Assembly (NCBI GenBank): GCA_964356915.1
Contig: CAYHJF010000001.1
Location: forward strand, 4,664-68,663
Direction: 5' to 3'
Source: an uncultured Candidatus Saccharibacteria bacterium
GTDB taxonomy: Bacteria; Patescibacteriota; Minisyncoccia; Ryanbacterales; GWA2-47-10b
Length of the DNA stretch: 64,000 bases
The notes under the pieces are model-generated. The model was not told the origin of the DNA. It made no database searches and saw nothing but the letters and a program-made list of their open reading frames with translations. Positions 1 to 10,857 of the stretch are shown in pieces. Both the position numbers and the translations under genes were made by a program. Positions within the stretch are counted from its first letter, which is position 1; every line of letters starts with the position of its first letter.

Positions 1-2377
1 GCGCAGTGTCCGCAGTACCCTTACGTGCGCCGTGCGTTGAGATAAAGTACTCGAGCACCGAAAGTCCTTCTTTATAGCTGGAGAGGATAGGAAGTTCGAT
101 TGTACGACCAGATGGGTTCAAAACAAGTCCTTTCATACCCGCCATCTGACTTACTGAGTTCCATGATCCACGCGCACCTGCATCAACCATAGCGAATACA
201 GGACCTCCCGGATCAACGGTCTTTGGGATATGCGCCGATACGCGCTCTTTCACCTCAGACCAAACCTGAACTACCTTTTCATAGCGCTCATCATCAGTGA
301 GCAATCCTGTTTCGTAGTGTTCTTCAACAACACGTACCCGCTCTTCAGCTTCAGCAATTACTTCTTTTTTGATCTCTGGTACACGTAAATCATCCATGCC
401 CCAGCTCATACCTGATTTTGTTACATAATCAAAACCAATCTTCTTAATCTTATCAAGGATTGGAGGTAGTTCTGCCTGCCCATATTTACGAAGCAACTTT
501 CCAACAAGCTTCGTAATAGCCTTCTTACCAATCACTTCATTCACAAAGCCATAATCTTTTGGAATAGCCGTGTTGAAAATAATACGTCCAACGGATGTCT
601 CGAGGAATTCTTGGCCGTGGCCTTGATAAATTTTGAGCTTCGAGCGAAGTGCAATTTGATCCAAGTCATAGGCAAGTACCGCTTCATTTTTTGAAGCAAA
701 GATCTTTCCTTCACCGGAAGCGCCGTCTTCAATCTGCGTAAGCCAATAACATCCAAGAACCATGTCTTGAGATGGAACGGCGATCGCATCACCGGAACCC
801 GGCTTCAAAAGATTCTTTGTCGCAGCCATAATTTCCGCGGCTTCGCGTTGCGCCTCTTCGGTCAACGGAACATGAACTGCCATCTGGTCACCGTCGAAGT
901 CCGCATTAAACGCGGCACACACAAGCGGATGGAGCTGAATTGCATTACCCTCAATCAAGAGCGGTTGAAATGCCTGGATACCAAGACGATGCAATGTTGG
1001 AGCACGGTTTAACAAAACATATTTTCCAGCAATCACTTCTTCAAGCATTGCCCATACTTCTGACGACGCCTCATCAATTAAGCGCGTTGCGCTACGAATA
1101 TTAAAGGCAAGCCCTCGCTCAATAATTTTATTGATTACAAATGGCTTGAAAAGTTCGAGTGCCATATGCTTTGGAAGACCGCACTGGTGTAATTTAAGAT
1201 CGGGACCAACAACAATTACAGAACGCGCTGAATAATCAACGCGCTTTCCAAGTAAGTTTTGACGAAAACGCCCCTGCTTACCTTTGAGCATATCTGCAAG
1301 TGAGCGCAGTGGACGGCGCTGTGCCTGTGACGCCACAGGAGCCGCGCCGCGCTTGATCGAGTTATCGATCAAAGCATCAACCGCCTCTTGTAACATGCGT
1401 TTTTCATTACGCGTGATTACTTCGGGAGCCTTCAATTCGTAGAGTCGCTTCAAACGATTATTACGATTGATAACGCGGCGATACAAATCATTTACATCAG
1501 ACGTAGCATGTCGTCCACCATCAAGCGCCACCATTGGGCGAAGATCTGGCGGAATAACAGGAATTACCGTAAGAAACATCCACTCGGGACGCACGTGAGC
1601 GCGTTCCATGGCACGAACCATGCGTACACGCTGTAAAAGACGCTTTTTCTGAAGCGGAGGAGCGTCTTCAAGATCCTTATCGATTTCATCAGCAAGCTTT
1701 GTGAGATCAGTGCCTTCACAAATTTTACGCAATACTTCTGCTCCGGTACCTGCGGTAAAAACATTTCCATACTTAAGGGACAACCGATGATATTCAACCT
1801 CTGAAAGTACCGCGTGTAACTGAAGACTTTTAAGTTCGCTACGAGCGCGATCAAGGCCTTCCTTCAATGCTGACGTATCTTTCGCAGCCTTTGACTTTGC
1901 TTTATATTCACGCTCGATCTCGCGCACAACCTCTTCGCGAGCCTTTTCATCAACTGAAGTAACAATGTAGCCTGCGAAGTAAATAATACGCTCTAGATCT
2001 GCAATTGAGAGATCAAGCAATAAACCAATACGAGATGGAACTGAACGAACAAACCAAATATGTGCCACTGGCGAAGCAAGTTCGATATGACCCATGCGCT
2101 CGCGTCGGACCTGCGCCTTCGTCACCTCTACGCCACAGCGGTCACATACAATTCCCTTATAACGAATGCGACGATATTTACCACAGTAACACTCGTAGTC
2201 TTTTGTCGGCCCAAAGATTTTTTCACAAAACAAACCATCACGCTCAGGACGCTGCGTGCGATAGTTAATCGTTTCTGGCTTCGTCACCTCGCCTGCTGAC
2301 CACCCAAAAATATCTTGCGGAGAAGCGAGACGAATGGTGAGAGAGCCGAATTCACTTACTTGATGATCCATGTTCAT
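1..2377 (-). CDS. rpoC: DNA-directed RNA polymerase subunit beta' (3' end runs off the window)
   Basis: Manual translation from ATG 2377 (or 2371) gives ...[40 protein letters not shown]; catalytic NADFDGDQM encoded near 880-910; directly follows rpoB. Absent from the ORF track because it has no stop in the window. Confidence 0.98.
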   Translation of the reverse strand, partial: MNMDHQVSEFGSLTIRLASPQDIFGWSAGEVTKPETINYRTQRPERDGLFCEKIFGPTKDYECYCGKYRRIRYKGIVCDRCGVEVTKAQVRRERMGHIELASPVAHIWFVRSVPSRIGLLLDLSIADLERIIYFAGYIVTSVDEKAREEVVREIEREYKAKSKAAKDTSALKEGLDRARSELKSLQLHAVLSEVEYHRLSLKYGNVFTAGTGAEVLRKICEGTDLTKLADEIDKDLEDAPPLQKKRLLQRVRMVRAMERAHVRPEWMFLTVIPVIPPDLRPMVALDGGRHATSDVNDLYRRVINRNNRLKRLYELKAPEVITRNEKRMLQEAVDALIDNSIKRGAAPVASQAQRRPLRSLADMLKGKQGRFRQNLLGKRVDYSARSVIVVGPDLKLHQCGLPKHMALELFKPFVINKIIERGLAFNIRSATRLIDEASSEVWAMLEEVIAGKYVLLNRAPTLHRLGIQAFQPLLIEGNAIQLHPLVCAAFNADFDGDQMAVHVPLTEEAQREAAEIMAATKNLLKPGSGDAIAVPSQDMVLGCYWLTQIEDGASGEGKIFASKNEAVLAYDLDQIALRSKLKIYQGHGQEFLETSVGRIIFNTAIPKDYGFVNEVIGKKAITKLVGKLLRKYGQAELPPILDKIKKIGFDYVTKSGMSWGMDDLRVPEIKKEVIAEAEERVRVVEEHYETGLLTDDERYEKVVQVWSEVKERVSAHIPKTVDPGGPVFAMVDAGARGSWNSVSQMAGMKGLVLNPSGRTIELPILSSYKEGLSVLEYFISTHGARKGTADTA

Positions 2378-2386
2378 ATAGAATTC

Positions 2387-5300
2387 CTAGATTCTCTCGG
2401 CGCGCGACACACGACGAGCTGTTGTCTCAGAACGATCTTCTTCGTCTGAAATCTCATCTGAATGCGCCCGTGGCAAATTAGTAATCATAACATTCAACGC
2501 GAGACCTTTGAGTTCATTAAGTAGTACGTGGAAAGAAGCTGGCAAGTTCGGATTCTTCAATCGTTCTCCGCGAACAATTGCATCATAAATTGCAGCACGA
2601 CCCAATACGTCATCTGATTTAATTGTTAACATTTCCTGCAATGTGTGAGCGGCTCCATATCCTTCGAGCGCCCATACTTCCATTTCTCCAAAACGCTGTC
2701 CTCCACCCTGCGCCTTACCGCCGAGAGGTTGCTGTGTAATGAGAGAGTATGACCCGATCGAACGCATGTGAATCTTATCCTCAACCATGTGATTGAGCTT
2801 GAGCACATAAATCTTGCCGACCATCACGTCGCGATCAAAGCGCTCTCCTGTTCGCCCATCATAGAGCGGCACTTTTCCATTTTCTGGAATACCTGCTTTT
2901 TTCAATTCACCCGCGATTTCTTCTTCGGTCGGAGTGATAAATGGCGGACAGATTGCCTGATAACCAAGCTTCTCGGCAGCCCACCCAAGATGAGTTTCGA
3001 GAATTTGCCCGAGGTTCATACGAGACGCGACACCGAGTGGATTCAAAATAATATCTACTGGCGTACCGTCAGCCAAATGTGGCATATCCTCTTCAGGTAA
3101 TACTTTTGAAATAACACCCTTGTTTCCGTGTCGTCCTGCAAGCTTATCACCGACAGAAATTTTACGGAGCTGTGCCACTTCAACATGAATACGCTTAATA
3201 ACACCTGTCTCCAATCGATGTCCCTGGTCACGTGAGAATACTTTAATACCGACTACGCGTCCGCGCTTACCGTGTGGCATGCGAAGCGATGTATCTTTAA
3301 CTTCTTTTGCCTTCTCGCCGAAAATTGCGCGCAAGAGTCGTTCTTCGGGAGTAAGATCTGATTCTCCTTTTGGAGTAATTTTACCGATCAAAATATCGCC
3401 TGCGCGCACCTCTGCACCAACACGAATGATACCGTCTTCGTCGAGATCTTTGAGCTTTTCTTCACCGACATTCGGAATATCGTGCGTTGTCACTTCTTCA
3501 CCGAGTTTCGTATCACGTACGTCAAGAGTGAATTCTTCAACGTGGATTGAAGAAAAGCGATCGTGCTTAACTAATTTTTCAGAAATAATAATTGCGTCTT
3601 CAAATGTAGCACCGCCCCATGAAAGGAATGAGACAAGTAAGTTTTGACCGAGTGCGAGCTCTCCCCCATCTGTTGAGGAATTATCAGCAAGCACCTGACC
3701 CTTCGTCACGCGTTCTCCAACATTCACAATGGGACGATGATGCAGTGCTGTATCTTGGTTTGAGCGAGCATAACTAATCAAGTTATATTCTCGATCACGA
3801 TGGCCTGTTTTTATTGTGATTTTTTTTGCATCAACATACGTTACTTTGCCATCTTCATCGGCAAGAACCAAAAGACCTGAGTCATGTGCAGCAGGACCTT
3901 CGAATCCTGTTGCCACCAAGGGTGCTTGTGGCTTCACACATGGCACTGCTTGGCGTTGCATGTTTGAACCCATGAGTGCTCGGTTTGCATCATCATGACC
4001 AAGAAACGGGATCAATGCGGTCGCAATACTAAATGCTTGCGCGGGAGAAACATCAATGAAATTAATTTCTTCGCGCGGTACACGTTTTGGCTGTCCCTTA
4101 ATACGGGCTTCCACTTCTTCATCGAGTAAGTGTCCCTTCTCATTATAATCAACACCTGCATGTGCGATTGCGTACAACGCTTCTTCGTGTGCGGTTAAAT
4201 AAACTATTTCTTCTGTAATCTTTCCTCCTGTCACCTTTCGATACGGAGTCTCAATCAAACCAAAATTATTTACGCGCGCATGCGTTGCCAAGTGACTTAC
4301 CAAACCAATATTTGGACCCTCTGGCGTTTGAATTGGACAAATACGCCCGTAGTGTGACGGATGTACGTCGCGTACCTCAAAACCTGCACGTTCGCGCGTA
4401 AGACCTCCAGGTCCGAGCGCAGACAAACGACGCTTATGCTCAAGCTGTGAGAGCACGTTGATTTGATCCATAAATTGAGAGAGCTGGTTGGTTGTGAAAA
4501 ATTCTTTCAAAACCGACATGAATGGACGCGCATTAACCAACTGCACGGGAGTAATGGCATCTGGCTCAAGTGTGGACATACGATCCTGAATATTCCGCTC
4601 CATGCGAGCAAGCCCCACACGTAAACGATTCTGGAGCATCTCTCCCATTGCGCGTACGCGACGATGCCCGAGATGATCAATATCATCTTCAACCTCATCA
4701 GGAGTATTATTCTTTCGAATAATCTCGCCAATCGTTAACATTAAATCTTTTTGTGTAAGCGTGCGAACCTCTTCCTTTCCTCCTCCAAGCGACTTAAATC
4801 GAAGATTCATCTTATATCGCCCAACTGCGGAAAGGTCATATCGATCAGGTGAAAACATCGCCGTGATTAATTGACGCGCATTATCAATTGCGGCCATTTC
4901 ACCTGGACGAATACGGCGATAGATTTCGATATACGCCTCGTCTTGAGTTGTCGTTGTATCTTTTTTAAGAGTCGCCTCGATAGAATTAAGCGCGTCGTCT
5001 GTTATATGTTCAAATGCCTTTCTAATGGCATCATTTGTTGCAAGCCCAAAAATACGAAGTAAGATACTGATCGGGAATTTACGTTTACGATCAATCTTCG
5101 CCCAAATTGCTCCATCCGCGTCACTTTCAAGTTCGAGCCATACGCCGCGATTCGGGATTACTTTGGCACCAAAACGACGCTTCGCACGATAATATTCAGC
5201 AGTAAAGTACACGCCGAATGACCGTGCAAGCTGAGAAACAATAACACGCTCAATACCATTAATCACAAAAGTACCGTGATTCGTCATCACAGGAAAATCC

Positions 5301-5632
5301 GCAAAGAAAATTTCTTGCGTTTTAATCTCGCCTGTACGCTTATTAGTCAATCGTACTTTAACGCGTAATGGAGCTTCATATGAGAGGTTATTTGCCTTCG
5401 CATGATGCTCGTCAAACTTTGGCTCTTCGAGGGTATAATCAAGAAATTCAAGCTGAAGCTCTTTGCCAGTAAAATCCTCGATCGGATTAAACTCATCGAG
5501 CAACTCACGAAACCCATGCTCCAAAAACCACTTGTAAGAATTGAGCTGCGTCTCTGCTAAGTGTGGCAGTGGCGCAAGTGACTCTTTGTAACGCGAAAAA
5601 TACTTTTTTTGCATAGAGTCTTTATATGACAT
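2387..5632 (-). CDS. rpoB: DNA-directed RNA polymerase subunit beta
   Basis: Motifs GDKLAGRHGNKG, QRFGEMEVWALE, RDVHPSHYGRICPIQTPEGPNIG. Confidence 0.99.
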   Translation of the reverse strand: MSYKDSMQKKYFSRYKESLAPLPHLAETQLNSYKWFLEHGFRELLDEFNPIEDFTGKELQLEFLDYTLEEPKFDEHHAKANNLSYEAPLRVKVRLTNKRTGEIKTQEIFFADFPVMTNHGTFVINGIERVIVSQLARSFGVYFTAEYYRAKRRFGAKVIPNRGVWLELESDADGAIWAKIDRKRKFPISILLRIFGLATNDAIRKAFEHITDDALNSIEATLKKDTTTTQDEAYIEIYRRIRPGEMAAIDNARQLITAMFSPDRYDLSAVGRYKMNLRFKSLGGGKEEVRTLTQKDLMLTIGEIIRKNNTPDEVEDDIDHLGHRRVRAMGEMLQNRLRVGLARMERNIQDRMSTLEPDAITPVQLVNARPFMSVLKEFFTTNQLSQFMDQINVLSQLEHKRRLSALGPGGLTRERAGFEVRDVHPSHYGRICPIQTPEGPNIGLVSHLATHARVNNFGLIETPYRKVTGGKITEEIVYLTAHEEALYAIAHAGVDYNEKGHLLDEEVEARIKGQPKRVPREEINFIDVSPAQAFSIATALIPFLGHDDANRALMGSNMQRQAVPCVKPQAPLVATGFEGPAAHDSGLLVLADEDGKVTYVDAKKITIKTGHRDREYNLISYARSNQDTALHHRPIVNVGERVTKGQVLADNSSTDGGELALGQNLLVSFLSWGGATFEDAIIISEKLVKHDRFSSIHVEEFTLDVRDTKLGEEVTTHDIPNVGEEKLKDLDEDGIIRVGAEVRAGDILIGKITPKGESDLTPEERLLRAIFGEKAKEVKDTSLRMPHGKRGRVVGIKVFSRDQGHRLETGVIKRIHVEVAQLRKISVGDKLAGRHGNKGVISKVLPEEDMPHLADGTPVDIILNPLGVASRMNLGQILETHLGWAAEKLGYQAICPPFITPTEEEIAGELKKAGIPENGKVPLYDGRTGERFDRDVMVGKIYVLKLNHMVEDKIHMRSIGSYSLITQQPLGGKAQGGGQRFGEMEVWALEGYGAAHTLQEMLTIKSDDVLGRAAIYDAIVRGERLKNPNLPASFHVLLNELKGLALNVMITNLPRAHSDEISDEEDRSETTARRVSRAERI

Positions 5633-5795
5633 AAAAACCCCTCCCTTCCGCTTGTGTTCAGGGTTTTTTGCTATTAAAAATGGTTACTATAAGAGTAAAC
5701 CACGCGATTGGATTGATTTGATGAGGTTTGTCCGATACATACCGTGACCCATCCTTGTTCGTAACAGACAAAACACACCAGTGCGGAATATGCGC

Positions 5796-5824
5796 ATTAT
5801 ACGCGCAAGCTGAATATCTGTCAA
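5796..5824 (-). promoter_or_regulatory. Consensus sigma70 promoter for rpoBC (TTGACA-17-TATAAT)
   Basis: Minus strand TTGACA GATATTCAGCTTGCGCG TATAAT; the -35 box overlaps the secF stop codon. Confidence 0.8.
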
Positions 5825-6693
5825 GCTCCTGAATGACGCCAGCGAGCGATAGAAACCAAAAGAGGGCTGGCAATGAAAATTGACGAATACGTACCAACCC
5901 CAATGCCAAGAATTAATGTAAGCGCAAGGTTTTTAGTCGCCTCACCACCAAAAATATACACCGCAACCATGGAAAGGAGCGTGGTCAATGATGTATTAAT
6001 CGATCGACTAATCGTCTCACGGAGACTCTGATCAACGAGTGTCTCAAATTTTTCCTTACCTCCACGGCGCAGATGCTCGCGAACGCGGTCGAAGACAACG
6101 ATTGTATCGTGTACGGAAAACCCAATTACCGTTAATACTGCGGTAATAAAGAGCGCATCAACTTGAATTCTAAAATATGAGAAAACACCGATCGGGATAA
6201 TAACGTCATGGAAGAGCGCAACAACAGCGACAACACCGTAAATCCACGAAGGCAACGGATGAGATACTTTACGAAAGGCCCAGGCAATATACAAAATGAT
6301 AGCAATAAGCGCGATCGTAACTGAAATGACAGCATTGCGCCGTAGCTGATGACCCACCGATGGTCCCGTAGAAGAAAAACTCTTTTCTTCTACACTTCCG
6401 TCCTTACGAAGAGCTTCGAGTAATACATCGTGTTTTTCTTGGGTAAGATATTCTGTACGAATTATTGCGTCAGATCCATTAAACTGGATTGACGAATGAG
6501 AAATGCCCGCGCTCTTAATTGTTTGGCCGACTGCCTCTGCTGACCGCTCAGAGTTAAAGTGTATAGATAATACTGCATCTCCTGTAAAATCAGAGCCTAA
6601 ATTAATACCACGCGTCACAAGTGACAAAGCCGCAGCAGAGAAGAGAACTGCGGAAAGTATGTAAAATATTTTACGTGATCGTACAATGCTCAT
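5821..6693 (-). CDS. secF: Protein translocase subunit SecF
   Basis: GSDFTG, GFSVHDTIVVFDRVRE, RSINTSLTT; follows secD. Confidence 0.97.
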   Translation of the reverse strand: MSIVRSRKIFYILSAVLFSAAALSLVTRGINLGSDFTGDAVLSIHFNSERSAEAVGQTIKSAGISHSSIQFNGSDAIIRTEYLTQEKHDVLLEALRKDGSVEEKSFSSTGPSVGHQLRRNAVISVTIALIAIILYIAWAFRKVSHPLPSWIYGVVAVVALFHDVIIPIGVFSYFRIQVDALFITAVLTVIGFSVHDTIVVFDRVREHLRRGGKEKFETLVDQSLRETISRSINTSLTTLLSMVAVYIFGGEATKNLALTLILGIGVGTYSSIFIASPLLVSIARWRHSGA

Positions 6694-6696
6694 AAA

Positions 6697-7986
6697 TTAT
6701 GGTTTGAGATTAAAGCCACTTGCATAGAAGAAACCTCCCGCCCCCTGTTTACGTGAGTGAAACGCTCGCAAAAATGTGCGCGTAACCGTAATAGCAGAGA
6801 ACATGGAAATCGCGACACCTAAGCCAAGCGTAAGTGCAAACCCCTTCACCGCATCAGACCCGAAGTACCATAGAATAACTGCGGTAATAAGACTTGATGC
6901 ATTAGAATCTCGAATGGACGTCCACGCGCGCTCAAAACCCTCTTCAATAGCAGCACCTAGCGTCTTTCCTTTTCGCAGTTCTTCTTTCATGCGTTCAAAA
7001 ATTAAAATATTTGCATCAACTGCCATGCCAATTGAAAGTACAAAGCCAGCAATACCTGCAGTCGAAAATGTCACGGGAATGAGCTTGAACACACTAAGTG
7101 AAATGGCAGTATATACACCAAGAGCAAGCACTGCGACTAATCCCGGCAATCGATACCACGCAATCATAAAACCAATAACAAAGAGAAGTCCAACAACTGC
7201 AGCAAAGAAACTTTGGCGTAGTGACGCCTCTCCGTGAGCCGGTTCCACTGTTTGCTGTGATATCAACTCAATGGGCACTGGCAACGCTCCTGAATTCAAG
7301 CGCTGGACAAGTGTACGCGCCTCTTCGGTAGTAAACCTACCTGTAATACGTGCCTTTCCTCCAGAAATTTTCTCCTGAACTACAGGAATGCTGATCGGCG
7401 CTCCATCAAGATAGATAGCAATGCTCTTTCCTACATTTTGCGCGGTAAGCTCTTCAAAAAGCCTTGCACCTTCTGAATTAAAAATTAATTCAACGAATGG
7501 GCCGGCCGTCGGGTCAAATTGTAAAGCTGCCCGCTCAACAAAGCGTCCCGTAAGCTCCGTGGGAACATAGACTACTTGTGCCTCCGTTGATGTACCAAGT
7601 TTAAGCTCTTGTGCTGTACGAAACTCTACGTATGGAGTCTCACCGATAAGCGCGATCGCCTCCTTTGCGTCAAAAACGCCAGCAAGCTGTACTTGCAAAC
7701 GATCTTCCTCGCGCGTCCGCTCCACTCTTACGAGCGGTTCGGCAACACCAAAAAAGTTTACTCGACGCTCAACAACGTCACGTAACCCCTCGAGCGCCTC
7801 TGCCCGCTTACTATCTTCAATCTTTGAAAGATCGGCGCGATAGGTCAGATGTACTCCTCCTTTCAAATCAAGTCCGAGTCGAAATGGAACGTTAAACCAT
7901 TCGGGAGCGCCCCATTTTGGATAGACAAAATACCCGGCGGCAAGACCGAGTACAACGAGACCAAGAGCAGCAAGTCGTATTTTCAT
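6697..7986 (-). CDS. secD: Protein translocase subunit SecD
   Basis: LGLDLKGG, LNSGALPVP, GMAVDANILIFERMKEE. Confidence 0.97.
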   Translation of the reverse strand: MKIRLAALGLVVLGLAAGYFVYPKWGAPEWFNVPFRLGLDLKGGVHLTYRADLSKIEDSKRAEALEGLRDVVERRVNFFGVAEPLVRVERTREEDRLQVQLAGVFDAKEAIALIGETPYVEFRTAQELKLGTSTEAQVVYVPTELTGRFVERAALQFDPTAGPFVELIFNSEGARLFEELTAQNVGKSIAIYLDGAPISIPVVQEKISGGKARITGRFTTEEARTLVQRLNSGALPVPIELISQQTVEPAHGEASLRQSFFAAVVGLLFVIGFMIAWYRLPGLVAVLALGVYTAISLSVFKLIPVTFSTAGIAGFVLSIGMAVDANILIFERMKEELRKGKTLGAAIEEGFERAWTSIRDSNASSLITAVILWYFGSDAVKGFALTLGLGVAISMFSAITVTRTFLRAFHSRKQGAGGFFYASGFNLKP

Positions 7987-8049
7987 AAAGGAAAATAATG
8001 AAAGTTATTATACCCCAACGAATACTCCGAAAGCAAGTTTCAGACACCC

Positions 8050-8078
8050 TTGCAAAAACATGCTGCCATGACTAGAAT
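8050..8078 (+). promoter_or_regulatory. Putative sigma70 promoter (TTGCAA-17-TAGAAT)
   Basis: Near-consensus hexamers with a 17-nt spacer, followed by an AAAGGA RBS and the ATG at 8106. Confidence 0.55.
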
Positions 8079-8105
8079 CGCCCTAGAAGAAAGGAATGTG
8101 TCCGT

Positions 8106-8654
8106 ATGGACCTACCTACTCAATCTGCTCATTTTACTAGAAAGATCATTACCAATTATGGTGTACTCAAGAGAGTAACGAATGGTCTACGCGCGGCTAA
8201 TCGCAAAGTCGTCGTAACAATTGGATCGTGGGACATGCTCCATATCGGCCACCTACGCTATCTTGCAAGAGCAAAATCTTTTGGCGACGTTCTTATCGTA
8301 GGCGCTGATAGTGATAGAGCTATTCGCAGATATAAAGGGCCGCATCGTCCAGTCATACCTGAAACAGAACGAATGGAGATGTTAAGCTATCAAGCATTCG
8401 TTGATTACGTAACAATCATCGATGACGTTACAATCCAAGGACTCTGGCAATATGGACTTTTGCGTGCGCTGCATCCGGATATATTTATCGCAGTAAAAGA
8501 TAGCTATCCGAGATCACAACGACAGGCAATCGCAAAACTCGTTGGCACACTTAAGGTGCTTCCGCGTCAAGCGGAACATACATCATCTACCGATGTATTT
8601 CAAAGACTTATTCATGAGCTTCCTCATCTCATATCTATCTTGGATCGACGATGA
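8106..8654 (+). CDS. HIGH-family adenylyl/cytidylyltransferase (HldC/RfaE-II/TagD-like)
   Basis: GSWDMLHIGHLRYL, VGADSD..KGPHRPVIPETER, C-terminal SST motif. Confidence 0.85.
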   Translation: MDLPTQSAHFTRKIITNYGVLKRVTNGLRAANRKVVVTIGSWDMLHIGHLRYLARAKSFGDVLIVGADSDRAIRRYKGPHRPVIPETERMEMLSYQAFVDYVTIIDDVTIQGLWQYGLLRALHPDIFIAVKDSYPRSQRQAIAKLVGTLKVLPRQAEHTSSTDVFQRLIHELPHLISILDRR

Positions 8655-9487
8655 GAAAACCAACCAAGTCTGTCCTTTTGCTCTATATCCCTGTTCTGCA
8701 TGCCGGATATATTAGACTACTAAGTCTCTACCAAGACTCCGTGGAAGGACTATGGATTGTCGGCCGATCGCTTGCTGACGAACATGCCTTTCTCGAGCGC
8801 GAAATTCGTGCTCTTCCACCCGATCTAATACAAAAGGCTGTAAAAGCAATCTACGCTTTTGGATTTGTATCTGTTCTTGGCAAAAGAAATGCTCGTCACC
8901 TCAATGGCTATAAAATCATTACTGCTGACGAGGCACTTATGCGCCGGATTACGGCAAGATATTGGCCTCACGCATCCATTACATTCGATACATCTTTTTT
9001 ACGATGGGATGAAAGTCACGTCGACACAAAGACACCCGTCGGATATGATCGTGCGAGCATAGCGCCCGAAGATCGAGAGTGGATGCATCAAGCACGCTTT
9101 GAGTCGAGAGAAAGTTCTGACTGGTGGCGACACGTCGGAGCGGTTGTACCAATCGATCAAGACGCTCTTTCGGCTCATAACATACACCTGCCAACAGAAT
9201 ATGCTCCTTATGCGTTTGGCGATATCCGAGACTTTATTCCTGCTGGAACTCGAAGTGAGATTTCATCCGCTATTCATGCAGAAAAACGAGTTATCGCAGA
9301 GGCAGCACGTCGAGGTATTTCACTCGGTGGTCGCTCTATCTATGTCACAACATTTCCTTGTTCCGATTGTGCACGCATGATTGCCCTATCCGGTATTCGT
9401 CGCTGCTATTTCGGAGGAGGTCATGCTTCATTCGACGGTGCGACTATCCTGAAAGCATCTGGCGTTGAGCTCATCTATGTTCAATAA
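8651..9487 (+). CDS. dCMP-deaminase-like zinc deaminase with an extra N-terminal domain
   Basis: C-terminal HAE and FPCSDC motifs; ATGA overlap with the upstream gene. Confidence 0.85.
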   Translation: MRKPTKSVLLLYIPVLHAGYIRLLSLYQDSVEGLWIVGRSLADEHAFLEREIRALPPDLIQKAVKAIYAFGFVSVLGKRNARHLNGYKIITADEALMRRITARYWPHASITFDTSFLRWDESHVDTKTPVGYDRASIAPEDREWMHQARFESRESSDWWRHVGAVVPIDQDALSAHNIHLPTEYAPYAFGDIRDFIPAGTRSEISSAIHAEKRVIAEAARRGISLGGRSIYVTTFPCSDCARMIALSGIRRCYFGGGHASFDGATILKASGVELIYVQ

Positions 9488-9496
9488 AGAAATAAT

Positions 9497-9529
9497 AAAA
9501 CAACCTGCACAAAGTGCAGGTTTTTTGTT
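9497..9529. terminator. Probable bidirectional terminator between convergent operons
   Basis: AACCTGCAC-AAA-GTGCAGGTT flanked by A and T tracts. Confidence 0.7.
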
Positions 9530-9985
9530 TTAACCAATTGGAAATTCTACAACTAACGCGCGCCCTTTTTTAGGACACAGCTTCGGCACAATCAAATGAG
9601 CATGCATATGCACAACAGTAGCCCCCGTAAGACGCGTATCTCCAAAACGCATCGCAAGAGCCCCTCCGCGGATATGATATTGGCAAGCTACATGCCGCGC
9701 AAGATACAAAAGAGCCGCCATATCACGCGCAGTCATCTGGGCGAGCGTCACGCGATGCTTCTCTCCAATAAGCAGAAAGTGATACCGCGTATTTTTATAC
9801 GGCCAACTAATTCTCGTAATAATCCATCCATTCCGTCGAGCGAGAATTGAATGTTTATGATACCGAAAATTTTTCGGGCAAAAAGGACATGCGCCCTTCT
9901 TTGCAATCGTCGCGAGTACGCGGCGATATTCACTCCCACGAGCATTTCTAGCATCAACAACGACTCGACGTACTCTAGAGCGCAA
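9530..9985 (-). CDS. HIT-family nucleotide hydrolase/transferase
   Basis: CPFC plus histidine triad HMHAH; likely TTG start at 9985 overlapping the thyA stop (start uncertain). Confidence 0.85.
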   Translation of the reverse strand: MRSRVRRVVVDARNARGSEYRRVLATIAKKGACPFCPKNFRYHKHSILARRNGWIITRISWPYKNTRYHFLLIGEKHRVTLAQMTARDMAALLYLARHVACQYHIRGGALAMRFGDTRLTGATVVHMHAHLIVPKLCPKKGRALVVEFPIG

Positions 9986-10805
9986 CGGGGATCCCTCTAA
10001 TAGCCGGAAGTGGATCGTAATCGAGAAGCGTAAAGTCATCAAACGCAAACTTATTGATATCCCTAATATCAGGATTCAACAGAACTTGGGGAAGAGCTCG
10101 CGGTTCACGTTTCATCTGCTCTTCCGCAAATGGAATTTGATCCAGATAGATATGTGTATCGGAAAGTGTGTGTACGAACTCATATGGTTTGTACCCTGTC
10201 ACCTGCCCAACCATATGAAGCAAAAGTGAATATGACGCAATGTTAAACGGAATGCCAATGATCACGTCAGCACTCCGCTGAAAGAGATGAAGAGAAATCT
10301 TGCCATCCGCCACAAAAAATTTGAAAAGGCAGTGGCATGGAGCAACGAATACTCGATTAGCATCTTCTGGATTCCATGCACTCACCACAAGTCGCCGTGA
10401 GTCAGGGAACTGTCTGATTTCCGCGATCACACCTGCAATCTGATCGATCACACCACCATCACGCGTACGCCACGATCTCCACTGTGGCCCGTAGATAGGT
10501 CCCAAATCACCAATCGGAAGACCGAGCTGACGACAAATATCTGGCGTCGCCCATTGGTCCCACAGATGCACGCCGTGTTTATTCAGGTCATCTACGTTAC
10601 TCGAACCTGAAAGAAACCAAAGCAACTCATGTACGAGCGCCTTCCACGATCCCTTCAAACTCCGCGTCGTAATAAGTGGGAATCCTTCCTGCAGATTAAA
10701 GCGCATTTGATATCCAAACACTGCGATATTGCCAACGCCTTGCGGGTCACCTTTTCGCACGCCGTGCGTCAGCACATGCTGTACCAAGTCAAGGTACTGT
10801 TTCAT
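9975..10805 (-). CDS. thyA: Thymidylate synthase
   Basis: FPLITTR, ELLWFLSG, LGPIYGPQWR, PCH, RSAD..GIPFN. Confidence 0.97.
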   Translation of the reverse strand: MKQYLDLVQHVLTHGVRKGDPQGVGNIAVFGYQMRFNLQEGFPLITTRSLKGSWKALVHELLWFLSGSSNVDDLNKHGVHLWDQWATPDICRQLGLPIGDLGPIYGPQWRSWRTRDGGVIDQIAGVIAEIRQFPDSRRLVVSAWNPEDANRVFVAPCHCLFKFFVADGKISLHLFQRSADVIIGIPFNIASYSLLLHMVGQVTGYKPYEFVHTLSDTHIYLDQIPFAEEQMKREPRALPQVLLNPDIRDINKFAFDDFTLLDYDPLPAIRGIPVAL

Positions 10806-10857
10806 TCTGCCGGCACTCTATCACGTCAATAAAAAAAGGCAACCTTATGCGGTTACC

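Noticed and set aside
541-2299. Short ORF-track entries in the first 2.3 kb
   Set aside because: Alternative frames inside rpoC
9975-10805. ThyA as a dCMP hydroxymethylase for DNA hypermodification
   Set aside because: It keeps the dUMP-specifying Asn (GIPFN) and is paired with folA
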